A stretch of DNA of 64,000 nt from Lama guanicoe (Eukaryota). The translations under genes were made by a program, and so were the position numbers. Numbering within the stretch: position 1 is the first letter of the stretch; every line of letters starts with the position of its first letter. The notes beneath the pieces are model-generated. The model was not told the DNA's origin, made no database searches, and was given only the letters and a program-made list of their open reading frames with translations. This document shows, in pieces, positions 12,752 through 25,236 of the stretch. The stretch spans positions 372,001 to 436,000 of the forward strand of contig MU053881.1 of assembly GCA_013239625.1 (NCBI GenBank), in the 5' to 3' direction.

Positions 12752-13750
12752 CATCAGTTCTCAAGGGCTTTGGTCTCAGGTTGCCTTTCCACCCTTAACA
12801 ACTATGGAGGACCTCAAAGAACTTCTGGTTGTGTAGATTAATAATATCAACCAGCACTTATTGTATTAGCCAGTAAAGCCAATAAGTTTTAAAATTTTTA
12901 TTTATTCAAAAATAATAATAACCCATTATATGTTAACATAAGTTATGTATTTTATGAAAAATAGCTCTGTTTTCCAAAATAAAAAATTACTGAGAAGACT
13001 GATTTTGTTTCACAGTATTTCCACAAATCTCTTAATTGACTGACAATGGAAGACAGCTGGATTCTCTTACTCTAATTCTGCATTCAGTCTCTTGATGTGC
13101 ATTATTTTGGTTGAAAAATCCAACCTCACACAAACACGTTGTTGGAAAGGGGAGGAGTATTTTACAGCCTTTTCAGATAATTGTGAACAATCTTCTTTGA
13201 CACTACACTAAAATTCAGCAAGTGGTAGTTTTTTTAAGATTAGTTGCAATTTGGAACCAGAAAATACTCTATGACATTAAAATCCATTGGTCCATCCTGC
13301 ATCCTGAGTGATCTTTTTGTCCATGATTTTGTGACAGGCATGTGATTGGCCACTTGGAAAATATGGTTTTGCTGAATCAAGCAGATCTTCTGAATGTTGG
13401 CATATTTCATTATATGATATTTTTATATTCATTAACATCACTACTGATCTCATGCAAAAATAAAAAAAGTTCTCAAGTATTAGGAAGTCAAGCTCCAGAG
13501 GCATGTTTTATGTTTCCCAATTTTCTCCTGAAAACTTGAATTTGGCGACAAATAGTATCAGTTGCTTTCCTTGAAGTTACAGGCTCATTTTGTTGATTTT
13601 CAAGGAAATGTCAGCCAAATACTGAAGTCTGAGTGACCATAATGGGTCAGTCCTTTCAAGTCAGAACGGCGTTCCGCCAGTCAAGGCCAGCGCACAGGTC
13701 AGTTCCGCCGGCGCTTTTCCACGAGACGACCGTCAGGCTCCTGTGGGCGG
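12752..13750. mobile_element. hAT-Charlie (Charlie1-like) DNA transposon fragment
   Basis: Terminal cagttctcaa...tttggtctcagg...gaggacctcaaaga and internal AT-rich blocks resemble the recalled Charlie1 consensus. Confidence 0.7.
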
Positions 13751-13910
13751 CAGTCCTGCCTCCTATCTGCGGGGTCTGCGTCCATGCATTCCTCCAACCT
13801 CAGATCAAAAATAGTAGAAAAACACAAAATTCCAGAAAGTTTGAAAAGCAAACCTTGAATTTGCTGTGCGCCCAGGCAACTACTTACATAGCGCTGGCCT
13901 TGTATTAGGC
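13751..13910 (-). mobile_element. MER2-like (TcMar-Tigger) fragment
   Basis: aaattccagaaagtttgaaaagcaaaccttgaatttgc...ttgtattagg. Confidence 0.6.
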
Positions 13911-13920
13911 GTTGTCAGCG

Positions 13921-14076
13921 GCCCGGAGACGCCAGGGGGTCTGCCGGAAGGGGGTTGCTTGCTCTGCAGCCTCGCAGGCACTTGACGTTGAAGCCCGGAG
14001 ACGCCAGGGAGGCTGTGTCGTTTTCGCTGCCGGAAGGGGGTTGCTTGCTCTGCAGCCTCGCAGGCACTTGACGTTG
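13921..14076. repeat. ~70-85-bp tandem duplication
   Basis: gcccggagacgccaggg and ctgccggaagggggttgcttgctctgcagcctcgcaggcacttgacgttg each occur twice. Confidence 0.92.
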
Positions 14077-14079
14077 TCA

Positions 14080-14660
14080 GACTTCTTAATTTTTGTCAAA
14101 CTGTCAAATGGAACATCTTTTCGTGTGTTTTGGACATTATTTTCTCTTTTATGAAATGCCTGTTTCTGATTTTTGTCCAGATTTCTATTGGTGATTTGTC
14201 TTTTTCTTAAGGATTTTTAAGGGTTTTGTGTGGGTTTTTTAAAATATATGCTGGTGAGTGATTCTTTGTCAGCTAAATATACTGCCAATTTCTTCTCCTG
14301 GTTGGTTGCTTTGCTTTTTCATTTTCATTATTGTCTTTTAATGAACAGGTGTTCTTAACTTCCTCCTTATCAAGAACTTACCTTTCTAGATATTTTTGCC
14401 TCCATATTTTGAAGCTGTGTTATTAGGTGCAAAGAAATTTAGACTCGTAACATATTCTCAATAAATCAAAGCTTTTATATTACACAGTTACCCTTTAAAC
14501 TCTCCTAACACTTTTTACGTAGAGTCTTTTTTGCCTTAAAGTCTATTTTGTCTGATGTTAATAGAGCTATGTGATATTTGCCATATGTATTTTTCTGTTT
14601 ATTTTTCACTTGCATCCTTGGATTTGGGGTGTATCTCTTGAAAATAGCAAGAGACTAGAC
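14080..14660 (-). mobile_element. Old L1 fragments
   Basis: T-rich; ttttgaagctgtgttattaggtgc and ttaaagtctattttgtctgat are antisense L1 EN-region motifs. Confidence 0.6.
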
Positions 14661-15045
14661 TTTTTAAATTTTTAATAATAGACTTTATTTAACCCAGTGT
14701 GTACAAAATATAATTTAAGCATGTGACCAATATAAAAGTTACCAGTAAGATATGCTACATTCTTTTTTTTTAATGACAATGGTTGTAATTACTGCTCTGT
14801 AGGGATTTGTTTTACTGTCTTCCATTGTACATTTCAATTGTCTTCTTCACCTTTTCTGGATTTTTTTTCCTCCTTTCATTACTTTTTGGACTGTTTGAAA
14901 TCGTAGTAACTTTATACAGTGGACTAGTTTACATCGGTTTTTAAAATTACGTTTCCAAGGATAGTTTATAGCACATGAAAAGGTGCGTGTGGGGGGAAAT
15001 GTAGGAATGTATGTACGGTTACAGAGAGGGAAACACACACAGACA

Positions 15046-15677
15046 CAGGTGGTTCTTATCTGCAGTCACTGTGTCCCGTGGTCGTCATGAACACTGAGTG
15101 AGCAAATGCCAAGACGCTGCTTCTGGGGAAAATACAGGGTTAGGCAACCCTCTTGTCACATTTTCATCAACCAGTCAATACATAACCTTGATTTATGTGT
15201 GTTCTGTTTTAAAGACATTGTATTTAATATGCAGCTGATTTAATAACATGGAAGTCACGGCCAACAGCACTATGATTTGTATCTGAACGAAGCTCATCTA
15301 ATGCGTACTTTTTCCTTAGGGCGCATCGCAGCCTTTGTGTGCCTAGGAACACTGGGCAGCACTTCAGCGCGGTGCTTGGGCCACTTTTAATGGTGAAATC
15401 ACCAGCAAAAAGCACAAAAATGCCCCAAAAACCTGACACTAAGTAGACTACCAAAAGGACACGTGTTTGCAGTGAGGGGGCTGGAACCAGAAGGCGGGGC
15501 GCCCCCGGCTCAGCCTCAGTGGGGGTGCACGGCGCACTGGTGCCTCAGGTGTGCCTCCACGCTGCGCGTGTCCCCCCGTGACCGGGAAGTGCCATGTTAA
15601 TCTGGGGGTTGCAAGTGAGATTTTAGGGAGTAGACAGATTCACAAACAGAATCTGTGACTAATAAGGATTAACTCTG
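15046..15677. mobile_element. MER82-like (TcMar-Tigger) element, near full length
   Basis: ggggaaaatacagggttagg, cacggccaacagcact, caaaaagcacaaaaatg blocks; degenerate TIRs at both ends. Confidence 0.7.
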
Positions 15678-15940
15678 TCGGCATATGACCTATATACAGC
15701 ATGTTAAGTTACGTAGGTATATGATATATATGTGTGTATACATCACGTTAAGTTACGTCTTTAAGTGTATAGAAAAAAAAGACTAGAAGGATCCTGTTGA
15801 ATCCCCAGTGTTTGTGGATAGTTTTGAGGTTTCGGCATTTCCCAGATTGCCTATAGCGATCGTGGCTGACTTCAAAAAGTTATTCATGTTCAAAAAGTTA
15901 CTGCCGAGAAGGCTGAGCCTGGTCCTTGTGTCTTTCCTAG

Positions 15941-16030
15941 CCTTGTTTCACTGAGAAGACTAACAACCTGGAGGCTTACGTGAAATGGTTCAACAGGTTG
16001 TGCTACCTCGTGGCTACTGAGATCTGCATG
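15941..16030 (+). CDS. RASGEF1C: RASGEF1C exon 7 (CDC25 domain)
   Basis: ttcctag|CCT, PCFTEKTNNLEAYVKWFNRLCYLVATEICM, ATG|gtgcgt. Confidence 0.95.
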
Positions 16031-17599
16031 GTGCGTAGAAAGCCGGGGCCCTGGCCTGGCATGGCCAGAGGTGGCCAGGGGGTTGAGACGAGCCCACCTG
16101 GGAGGGACCCGGAAGGGCGTCGGCCACCCGTCTGTCTCCACGCCCCTCAGGGCCACGCTAGGCACCCTCTGGGACACAGGTGTCACCTGGCTTGCCTGGA
16201 GTGACATTTCCCCTCTGGGTACAGCCTGGCGTGGTTCCACTGGCCAGTCTCAGAGGGTGTCAGAGGGATGCTTGCGGAGGGAGAGGGGGTGGGCCCTGCT
16301 TCTTCCTGGACCTGGCTGCCTGGGGCGGCCTGGCCTGCACCCAAGTTCCATTTGGCTCACTCGGGACTTAGAGGTAGAAATAACCCAAGCTTCAGGAATC
16401 GCGAGATTGCGCTTTGAAAGTCCAGGCCTTGGGCTGCTCCTGGGAAGCGGGAGGCCCGGGCAGCACTGGGCTGAACGTGCCCGTTGCCGATTTCAGCCCC
16501 ACCGGGCCACACCCTGCCCGCCCCCCGAGCCCCTCTCCTACGGTCAGGCGACGCCCGGGGCCTCCCTCTGAGGAAGAACAGAGGCAGCGTATGTGTCAGG
16601 GGCCCTCTGGAAGCAGAGGCTGAGGGTCAACACCTGTGACAGGGGAGGGGGAGGGGGCTCAGAAGGAGGCGCCCACCTGTGAGCCTCGGCCTGTGGGAGG
16701 CTTCCTGTCGGAGGCCCACATCCGCCCCAGTGGTTGGCCCTTGTCCCCCGCCATCGGGCTCCATCACCATCACCGTGACCCTGCAGGCTGCCCTACAGAG
16801 GACAGGATGGCACCTGTGATGGGCGGCTCTCTTAAAGAGGTTTGGGTGTCACAACTCTGTAGACACCACGGCATACTTCTTGGTGGCAGTAAGGACCACT
16901 GCTGAGCGCCTGGTGACAGGCAGTCTGTGCGGGAAGAACAGCATGGGGTTCTGTGCCGGCCACACCCAGCTTCTGATGTGACATCGCTGGCCTGGCAGCT
17001 AGGATGGGGTTCACCTGAGTGAAGCCTGGACTGAGCCCCCCGGTGTCAGGCAGCCCTTAGGGCACCTGGGGGAGGCACGGGGTGGTTCTGAGCCATCAGA
17101 GGTGGGGGTCTCAAGCACTTGACAGGAGCTGGGGTTGGGGCCATGCAGTCGGCTGACAGAAAGCAGCGGCAGGGCTGCCAGGGGACAGCGCCTCAGGGTC
17201 AGCATGTGCCCCCGGACCCTGGACGGGGAGAACAGGCTTGGAGGATCGGTGAGGGAGCCATGCTTTCTGCTTCTGGGGGTGGGGGCTCTGGAGCTGGGCC
17301 TGAGGGGAAAGGAGGGCATGAGGGGGGTCCCCAGCACCTCCCATGCTGCAGGTGGCTCCTGTGTCCCCCACCAGCCCTGACCTGACCCTCCGTATCAGGG
17401 GGCTCTGTGCTGGCTCTGCCCAGGGCCAAAAAGAAAAAAAAACAAAAACGCCCCTGGGCTACAATTGGCCTGCCAGCAAGTGTCCCAGCTGTGAAATGGG
17501 CTTGCAGAAGGTCAATGAGGGACAGGAGAGGTAAGCAGGATGTCTGGTTGGGGCAGGGTGGGACACCTCATCACTGAGGCTCAGGTGCCCTGTCCCCAG

Positions 17600-17702
17600 C
17601 CAGCCAAGAAGAAACAGAGGGCCCAGGTGATCGAGTTCTTCATCGACGTGGCCCGTGAGTGCTTCAACATCGGCAACTTCAACTCCCTGATGGCCATCAT
17701 CT
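17600..17702 (+). CDS. RASGEF1C: RASGEF1C exon 8
   Basis: ccccag|CCA, PAKKKQRAQVIEFFIDVARECFNIGNFNSLMAII (CDC25 NFNS motif), phase-1 donor T|gtgagt. Confidence 0.96.
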
Positions 17703-18235
17703 GTGAGTGGGCCGGCTGGCCAGGCCCCCCCACGCTCCCAGGAGGGTGGGGTGGGGTCACCCAGGCAGGAGGGGTGCAGGCCAGGGTACGCCTCTGAGCA
17801 GGAGGGGCTGCAGGCTGGGCCCACATCCCCCCAGCCCGGAGGTCCAGGGGAGGTGCCCCTTTTGAGACAAGCCCAGCCCTCTCAGGGTGCTTGCTGAGAG
17901 CTTGGCAGTGTGTCTCCAGATCCAGAGAGAGCAGGGGCCCAAATCAGGCCCTGGTCACAGCACAGAGCCAATGTGGTGGGGACCAGGACCGGGGCCCTGC
18001 ACACACAGAAGCCAGGCCCGCCTGGACACAGTGTCCGTTAGCACCCACCCGCCCAACCATCTGGCAAGCTGAGGCTACCACAAAGGTCAGCCCTGGCCAG
18101 GGTGCATCCCGAGGGGCGAGGCCAGCTGAGGGCCTCGCAGAGGAGGCCGCCTGCCCGAGGGAGCCGGGGGGTCTTTGGGCCCGGAACAGCTCCCCTCAGC
18201 CCGGCCCTGCCCCAGCTCAGCCCTCCGTCTCTCAG

Positions 18236-18315
18236 CCGGCATGAACATGAGTCCTGTCTCAAGGCTGAAGAAGACCTGGGCCAAAGTGAAGACGGCCAAG
18301 TTTTTCATCCTCGAG
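18236..18315 (+). CDS. RASGEF1C: RASGEF1C exon 9
   Basis: ctctcag|CCGGC, (S)GMNMSPVSRLKKTWAKVKTAKFFILE, GAG|gtaagt. Confidence 0.96.
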
Positions 18316-18397
18316 GTAAGTGAGGCTGCTGGGCTGCAGAATGCCGCCCGCCATCCCCTGGACACAGCTGCCCAAATGCCTCCCTGTCTCCTTCCAG

Positions 18398-18493
18398 CAC
18401 CAGATGGACCCAACAGGGAATTTCTGCAACTACAGGACAGCCCTACGCGGGGCAGCCCACCGCTCCCTGACCGCCCACAGCAGCCGGGAGAAG
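18398..18493 (+). CDS. RASGEF1C: RASGEF1C exon 10 (follows an 82-nt intron)
   Basis: ttccag|CAC, HQMDPTGNFCNYRTALRGAAHRSLTAHSSREK, AAG|gtaggt. Confidence 0.96.
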
Positions 18494-20269
18494 GTAGGTC
18501 AGAGGTGTGCCTGGCCCTCAGAGCTCCTCCCTGCTCCAGACTCGCTGCCTCAGAGAACCTGGGTGGTGACTTGAAGGTCACCTGGTCCAACCCCCTGCCC
18601 TTCCACAGCATCTGTAATAGTCATGTCACCTTGCTTACAGGCCTCCAGTGTAGGGAACTCACCTCCTCCCCAAACAGATCAACCCACCCCCACGCAGCTC
18701 TAACTGGAACCTTGTGGGACTGTGTCAGCCACCTGAGACTGTCCTCTCTGGAGGGCCACACAGAGTGAGGCCGTTCCCTCCTCCACCCACGAGTCCTTCA
18801 GAGCGCCCAGGGCCCCTCCCTCTGTCCTCCAGAGCCAACAGCCCCATGCCTGCCCGGCAGTACTGTGGTCTCCAGTCCCCTCCCCACTTGGGCCCCTTTG
18901 TTCTCTGAACAGCTCCATTTGTCAGAGTCCCTCTGTTTCAGATCAGCTATGGTTCCAAATACCTAGGGTCTTACACCTTCTTACTCTAAACGCAATACCT
19001 ACATTGATATGGCCTCACATCAAATTTATGTTTTGAGAAATGACTGAACCAGGTTTCTTGCCACTCAGATTGCATCTTCACAGGTCTGGTTCTTACACGT
19101 TTGCATCTGAGGGGTCTTCGCTCACCCTGATCCATTTTATTTCTCCTGTAAATCCTCCTAGTGGCCTCTGATAAAAGAAGCCACGCACAGGCCCTGGGAT
19201 GGCCGTGCTCTTCTGGACTGAAACCTGTCACCAGCCTGATGGTCAGAGTTCTTCATCTCCGTGGGGAGGAGATGCCAAGGCTCGCTGTGCCCTTTCAGTC
19301 TGGTCTCTTGCAGGGACTTGGGAGGACGCAGACAGGGCCCTGCCATGGCTTGTGGAGGCCTGTTTCCCACTGGAGGGATAACAGAACAGATTGCTGTTCT
19401 TGAAACTTTAAGTCACTCTGAGGCTGTGTCAGAGGGAAGCGTGGTCAGGTCTGGGGGCAGGCTGAGGTGCACGCATGCGCTGCTCGGCAGACCTTCCCGG
19501 CCTCCACCCGCTGCGGCAGAAGTGCTCGGGCCCCAGCCGCACTGTCAGCTGTGTCCCATCCAGCTGGCAGTCCTTGCTGTCAGGCTGGGGCCTGGGGAGG
19601 TTGGCGCAGGGGCTGCTGCATTTAACCAGGTGAGTCCTCAAGTCCCAGGGCAGGTGAGCCTGTCCCCCAGGAGCCAGGAAGCTAGAAAACCAGGACAGCA
19701 GAGGCAGGCCGTCCCTTCACCGAGCACCTGCCACGTGAGGGCACTTGCCTCCGTGTCTCCACTGAATTCTGACAGCCATTCCATGAGGTAGGCTGCAGTA
19801 GTGCCACTTCCCAGAATAGGAGGCCAAGGCTCAGAGAGGAGGCCTTACTTGTCCCGTCACCGGCGAGTAGGCAGCAGGGCCAGGAATCAGACACCGAGTC
19901 TGCCGTCTCTTCCGCCTCCCGTTCCTGGGGCATAGGTGCCATGTGGCAGCCACAGGGTTCCCAGCTTATGGCCCAGGAGCTGGGCTGTGGCGTGGGGGCC
20001 AGAGAGTAGGCCGCAGCCTTTGCACTGAAGTGTCAATCCTGGCACTGGCGCTCTGCGCTGCTTTTCTTCCACCCCGAGGGTAGAATGGACAGACCGGGAC
20101 TTTGCGTTCTTGCACTCTGGACCCCTTTTGGCCCTGGGGTGCTGGAACTCTGTGCTTCTAGGCCTGGGGCTGTGGCGGGTGACTTTCCGAGCTATGCACT
20201 TAGTTTCACTGCATTCTCCTCTGGCATCCAGAGATGCAGACCATGGGCTAGACCCTTAGAAGCTCCTTC

Positions 20270-20441
20270 ATGAATGGATGGAACAGAATGGATGGATGAA
20301 TGTATGGATGGATGGATCAATGGAAGAATGGATGGAAGGAAGGAAGGACAGATGGATGGATGGAAGGGTGCAAGGAAGGGAGGAAGGAAGAATTGAAAGC
20401 TGGAAGAAAGTCAAGAGATAGGGAGGAAGGAAGGAAGGAAG
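20270..20441. repeat. (GGAT)n/(GGAA)n simple repeat
   Basis: Direct reading. Confidence 0.85.
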
Positions 20442-21074
20442 TTAGCTAGGAGATGCTCTCGCAGTCCCTTGGTGCCCCAGCTGAAACTCTGAGGCCAGAA
20501 GGTCACAGTGGCCGTGGCATTTTGTGTTTTCCTTCTGCCTGTGGCTGGCTCTTGTCTGCCCCTCCGCCTCCCCGGTCTCTGTTACAAAGTCCCCTCCACA
20601 CAGGCTTCTCTGGGTGACCTCCAGGTTGAGCGGGGTTTGGGTGGAATTGCTCAGGTCCAGAAAACAGAGGCCTGGGTTTACAGTCATGTGAACAGAGTGG
20701 AGAGACATTCTGGCTTATGGGAAATGCTACCACCTCAAGGACCCCTCAGCGGCCCTGCCTGCGGGAAGCCTGCACCAAGCCCCTGAGGAGCCGCCTCTGG
20801 CCCCAGAATCCCGCTGCCCTTAATCTCCCGCCTCGGCGGTCTCCTTTCTCCAACTCAGTTCAGCCATTGTGCTGCAGAACTGGGCCTGGGCTTAGCACCA
20901 GGGTTGGGGGCGGGGAGACGGACGAAGCCCCCCTCCCTCCCGGCACAGTGAGCACAAGACAGGACAGGGCTCTGTGTCCCTCAGAAAGGGATGTTCACGT
21001 CCCAAACCCCCGTGCCTGTGACGGGACCTAACTTGGAGATAGGGTCTTTGCGTCTGCTTTGTACCTCTGTGTGT

Positions 21075-21240
21075 GTGTGAGTGAGTTACTTGGCACCTCC
21101 GGGCCTCAGCTCCCTCACTGGTGCGGCGGGGCGGCCAGAGCCCTGCTGCACAGGACCGTGACGAGGACGAAACACCCCCAGCCTCCGTGTACGGCTCGGT
21201 GCGGTGGCACTCAGGCCCACCGCGATGCCCGGTAACAAGG
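21075..21240 (+). mobile_element. GC-shifted MIR
   Basis: gagttactt...ctccgggcctcagctccctcactg is colinear with the MIR core. Confidence 0.55.
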
Positions 21241-21865
21241 GCTTACGCGGAGGCTCTTTGAGACACAGAAAGGGACTAAACCCAGCGAGGCGGGTAACAA
21301 AGCTGTCCCAGAAGAGGCTTCCTCGTTTTGTTGGTTATTCCTGTGACTGAGGTTAGGAATGGATGTGTCTGACACACGGTCACTGTCCCCAAGCCCCAGC
21401 GCCTGGCACAGAGAAGACTGAGCCAATGTTTGTGTAACGGACATAAATCTCGTCATTGCCAGTTCACCCTGGGGTGCCCAGGGCTGGCACCGCAAATCCT
21501 ACATCCCAGGAAACCCCTCTGTCCTGGGCAAACCAGGTGGTCGGTCTCCCTGCTAAATCTGGCTCTGGTCCTGGCCCTGGCGGTCACTAGCTGGATGGCC
21601 TCGTGCCAGGCCCTGCCATCCTATGGGCCTCAGTTTCCCCATCTGGCCTGCTCAGCTGAGCTATCCATGCTCCTGTGCCATGCCGAGTGGTCAGTGCCAG
21701 GTCTTCACCTCAGAGCCCCTGTCACCTTGGTGGGGGGTGACCTAGGCACTCCCTGAGCCAAAAATATCAGGACTCAGCGCCTGGTCCCAAAGGTGATGGG
21801 CTGGAAGCTGGCCCTGGCTGGACTGGCTGCACGTGCCCAGCTCTGGAGCCTGAGGGCAGAGCAGA

Positions 21866-22288
21866 TGCGTTAGTTTCTTGGGGCTGACATAACAAAGCAT
21901 GGAAACCGGGCAGCTTAGAACAACAGAAATGTATTCTCTCACAGTTCCAGAGGCCAGAGACCAAAATCAAGGTTGGCAGAGCCACATTCCCTCCAAACAC
22001 TTGAGGGGAGGAGCCTTCCCTGCGTCCTTCAGCTTCTGATGGCCACAGGCACGTTGGCTAGTGGCCACATCACTCCCATCTCTGTCTCTGTGTTCACATG
22101 ACCACCTTCCCAGTGTGTGTACGGATTTCCATCTTTTTATAAGAATACCAGCCCACTAGTCCGGGATGAGTGCATCTTCGCTCGATTCTGTCTGTGAAGA
22201 CCCTACCTCCAAGTTAGGTCCGTTCACAGGCACGGCGGTCTAGGACATGTCATCCCTTTTTGAGGGACACAGTTCAACGTGCAACACA
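21866..22288 (-). mobile_element. MaLR solo LTR (MLT1B/C-like)
   Basis: ttagtttc...cataacaaa...aacaacagaaatgtattctctcacagttc...aaaatcaagg. Confidence 0.8.
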
Positions 22289-23062
22289 GGGTCGACCCAG
22301 CCAGTTCCCCAGGAGTGGGCTGAGCTGGCAGCAGGTGGCCTCCTTTCTCTAGGGGTGGGCAGGTACAGAGCAGGGAGGGAGAAGCAAGACACCTAACTGT
22401 GAAACACAGAATCCCTGCCTTCCCTGTCCCTGCGGGAGCCGGAGCAGGGATGCTTTCTGGCCTTACCTCTTTAGCATCAAGAAAGACATAGAATAAGAAA
22501 ATTGTTAAATACATGTTTTGAAAGGAGGCCACAGAATGTCACAACGGATGATTCACATCCCATTTGTATTTAACGGTGTGCTCAGCACACACTTTTCTTC
22601 CTGGGACATGCGAGCCAGGATGCGTAGGTCTGTGGACCCTCACACTGTGGGGGGAAGCCCCCACTGGCCTCTCCCAACAGGTGATGGAAGAAATGTTCAA
22701 AGGCCATTAGAACCGTGCATCTTTCACGCAGCCCCAACATGAGGGGCAATGGCACCATGTACAGTAGGAGCTCAGGCAGCACTGGGGTCTACGGGGCCTG
22801 AAGAGGGAAGGAGTCTGGCCCGAGTGTGTGCCTCCTTTCTTTGTGGTTTCCAAATTGCCCCCCGTGGTGCACACTAAGTCGCCTGTAACCCATGAAGCCA
22901 CCGGGATGGCCAGCCTTGCCCAGGAAGTCTCTCCTGCCCTCTGCATCCTGGGGTTGTGTCTGAGGTCCCTGGGGTGGGTAGCTGCTGGCAAGGCTGCCTC
23001 TCTCCTGTGCAGCCCCTGTGGGGAGGCCAGCTGAGGGCTGACCTGCATCCTCTCCCTTCCAG

Positions 23063-23158
23063 ATCGTCATTCCCTTCTTCAGCCTGCTCATCAAAGACAT
23101 CTACTTCCTGAACGAGGGCTGTGCCAACCGCCTCCCCAATGGGCACGTCAACTTTGAG
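23063..23158 (+). CDS. RASGEF1C: RASGEF1C exon 11
   Basis: ttccag|ATC, IVIPFFSLLIKDIYFLNEGCANRLPNGHVNFE, GAG|gtaggg. Confidence 0.96.
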
Positions 23159-25112
23159 GTAGGGTCCAGGGGCCTCGAGGGGCTTGCCACCGAGTTAGAC
23201 GGGCTGGTAAAAGCTTCCAGAGCAGGAGTGCTGGCCCTGAGAGGTTGGACTAACGGAGGACTCCAAGGCCAAATGCAGCAGTTTGCAGCTGACATCAGGG
23301 TGGGATTATTGGGGTCTCCCCACATCTCCCACAGAAAGAGGCTGAGGCTGTGGAGGCAGTGCTCCCCACTCCGGGCCAGCCTTGTGCCCAGCAGAGGTGA
23401 AGGAGCATGGCTTTTAGTCTTTAAGGAGCACCAGGCTGGTGAGAAGGACAGCTCTGCAGACCCACGGTGACAACTGGCAAGGTGCTGTGACAGAAGCTGT
23501 GCAGTTCACGGGGGTCAGGGGAGGCCTCCCAAAGAACGGGGGTCCTGAGCAGCAGAAGGAAGTGATCAGGCAGAGTGGGAAGAAGGAAAGAAAGACTTCT
23601 GCTCCCTCTGCAAACACTCACCGCTGTCAGCTCAAGTGTCCCCTCCTCCAGGACGCCTCCCTCGACCCCACAGCAGAGAGAGGCCCTTGTGCAGTGGGCT
23701 GTCATCCCTCAGTCTCGGCACCTGAGAAGCAAGCTCCTCAGATGCCAGGCCAGGAGGATCCACTCCGTGTCTCAACCCCACGCACAGGCCCACCCAGTAC
23801 CTGTGTCTCAGAGTGGCTGGTGATCTAGGCGGAGGGCACAGGACAGTGACCCCAGGTGGTCACTGAGTCAGACAGAACATGCCAGGAAGGAAGGGGCTCT
23901 TCTCCTGCAGAGGACCAGCCCAACCCTAGCGCTGGCCCGGCTCAGCTTCCAACTAACTCCAGGGGGCGGTCAGCCCTGGGCCGGCCCCTTGCCCTGTCTG
24001 GGTCGCAGGCTCTCCCTCTGGGAAACAGGGCTTCCGCCGTGGCCATACAAAGGGGCTAAGAGGTGTGGACATGCCGCACGGCCCGCCAAGGGCTCTGCAG
24101 ATGTCCCATGCTGGCAGGGCCCACGATGGATGCCTGGGCCCATTAGCAGGGGGCTGCCTGTGCTGTGGGGCGTCACAGACACCCCAGCAGACCTTCACAC
24201 GCTGCCCACAGGCCTGAGGGCTGGGGGAAGCCCAGTCTGGCGGCAGCCTGGGCACTGCATCCCGGGGGCAGTCCAGGCTGGAGGTGACATGGGAGAGGCT
24301 GGGCTTGGGTGAGACTGCAGGGGCCAAGGGGGCCTGGGAGCGCACTCTCCAGGTGGTCCCAGCGCACGCCTTGACTTTGCCCGCCTTGACTGGGTCTCAG
24401 AACCGAGGCCGTGGTGGGGCGGTGGGGGGAGTAGGTGACGAGGGGCAAAAAGACAAGGTACTCACGTGGCCCAATTTGGGCCGTGAGAGAGGTGGGGGCT
24501 GGACGTAGCCACCAACACTGGTCAAAAAATGCACCAGAGTAGGGTTCTCACCCAGTCACAACTTTGTATTTAAAATCCTTCTCTAAGTTAGCACTGTTTT
24601 AAAAAAAATTAAATAAATGTACTCAAGTTGTATTCAATCAAAATTCAACTGAAATGAATTAACTTAAACTTGACTTAAATATATTTATTTCAGTGTACTT
24701 GCATCATTCTCTAAATACACACACTGGCTGTGCGTAGAGATACATGACTTGCCATAGGCGGAGGGAACCATGGAAATAAACAGAATGAAACTGCAGCAGT
24801 GGCCACCTCTAGCTGGATGCGCCACCGCTGAGGGCCGCAGCCCAGGGCTGCTCTCCCGCCTTGACAAGGGAGGCAGGTGAACTCTGGGTGCTGGGCGCAG
24901 CAAATGCTTCACAGGCAATGAAGGACATGAGGAACATCCAATTTTCCCGATGGGTGACTGTCATTTTTGTGCCCCATGTTCCACCCTGCCCGCCCCAGAG
25001 GTGGCCTCCCTGTGGGTGGTGAGAGAGGCCTGGCTAGGGCCAGCCCCACCGTCACAGGTGACCTCCAGGCACGGGGGGGTGCGTCCATTTTGTGTCTCTC
25101 TGTCCCTGGCAG

Positions 25113-25236
25113 AAGTTTCTGGAGCTGGCCAAGCAAGTTGGAGAGTTCATTACGTGGAAGCAAGTGGAGTGTCCCTTTGAGCAAGACCGCAGCATCACCC
25201 ACTACCTGCACACTGCCCCCATCTTCAGCGAGGATG
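25113..25236 (+). CDS. RASGEF1C: RASGEF1C exon 12
   Basis: tggcag|AAG, KFLELAKQVGEFITWKQVECPFEQDRSITHYLHTAPIFSED, phase-1 G|gtaagg. Confidence 0.96.

Noticed and set aside
17175..17192. REST/RE1 site (GGACAGCGCC)
   Set aside because: Right half-site only; no TTCAGCACC left half at canonical spacing
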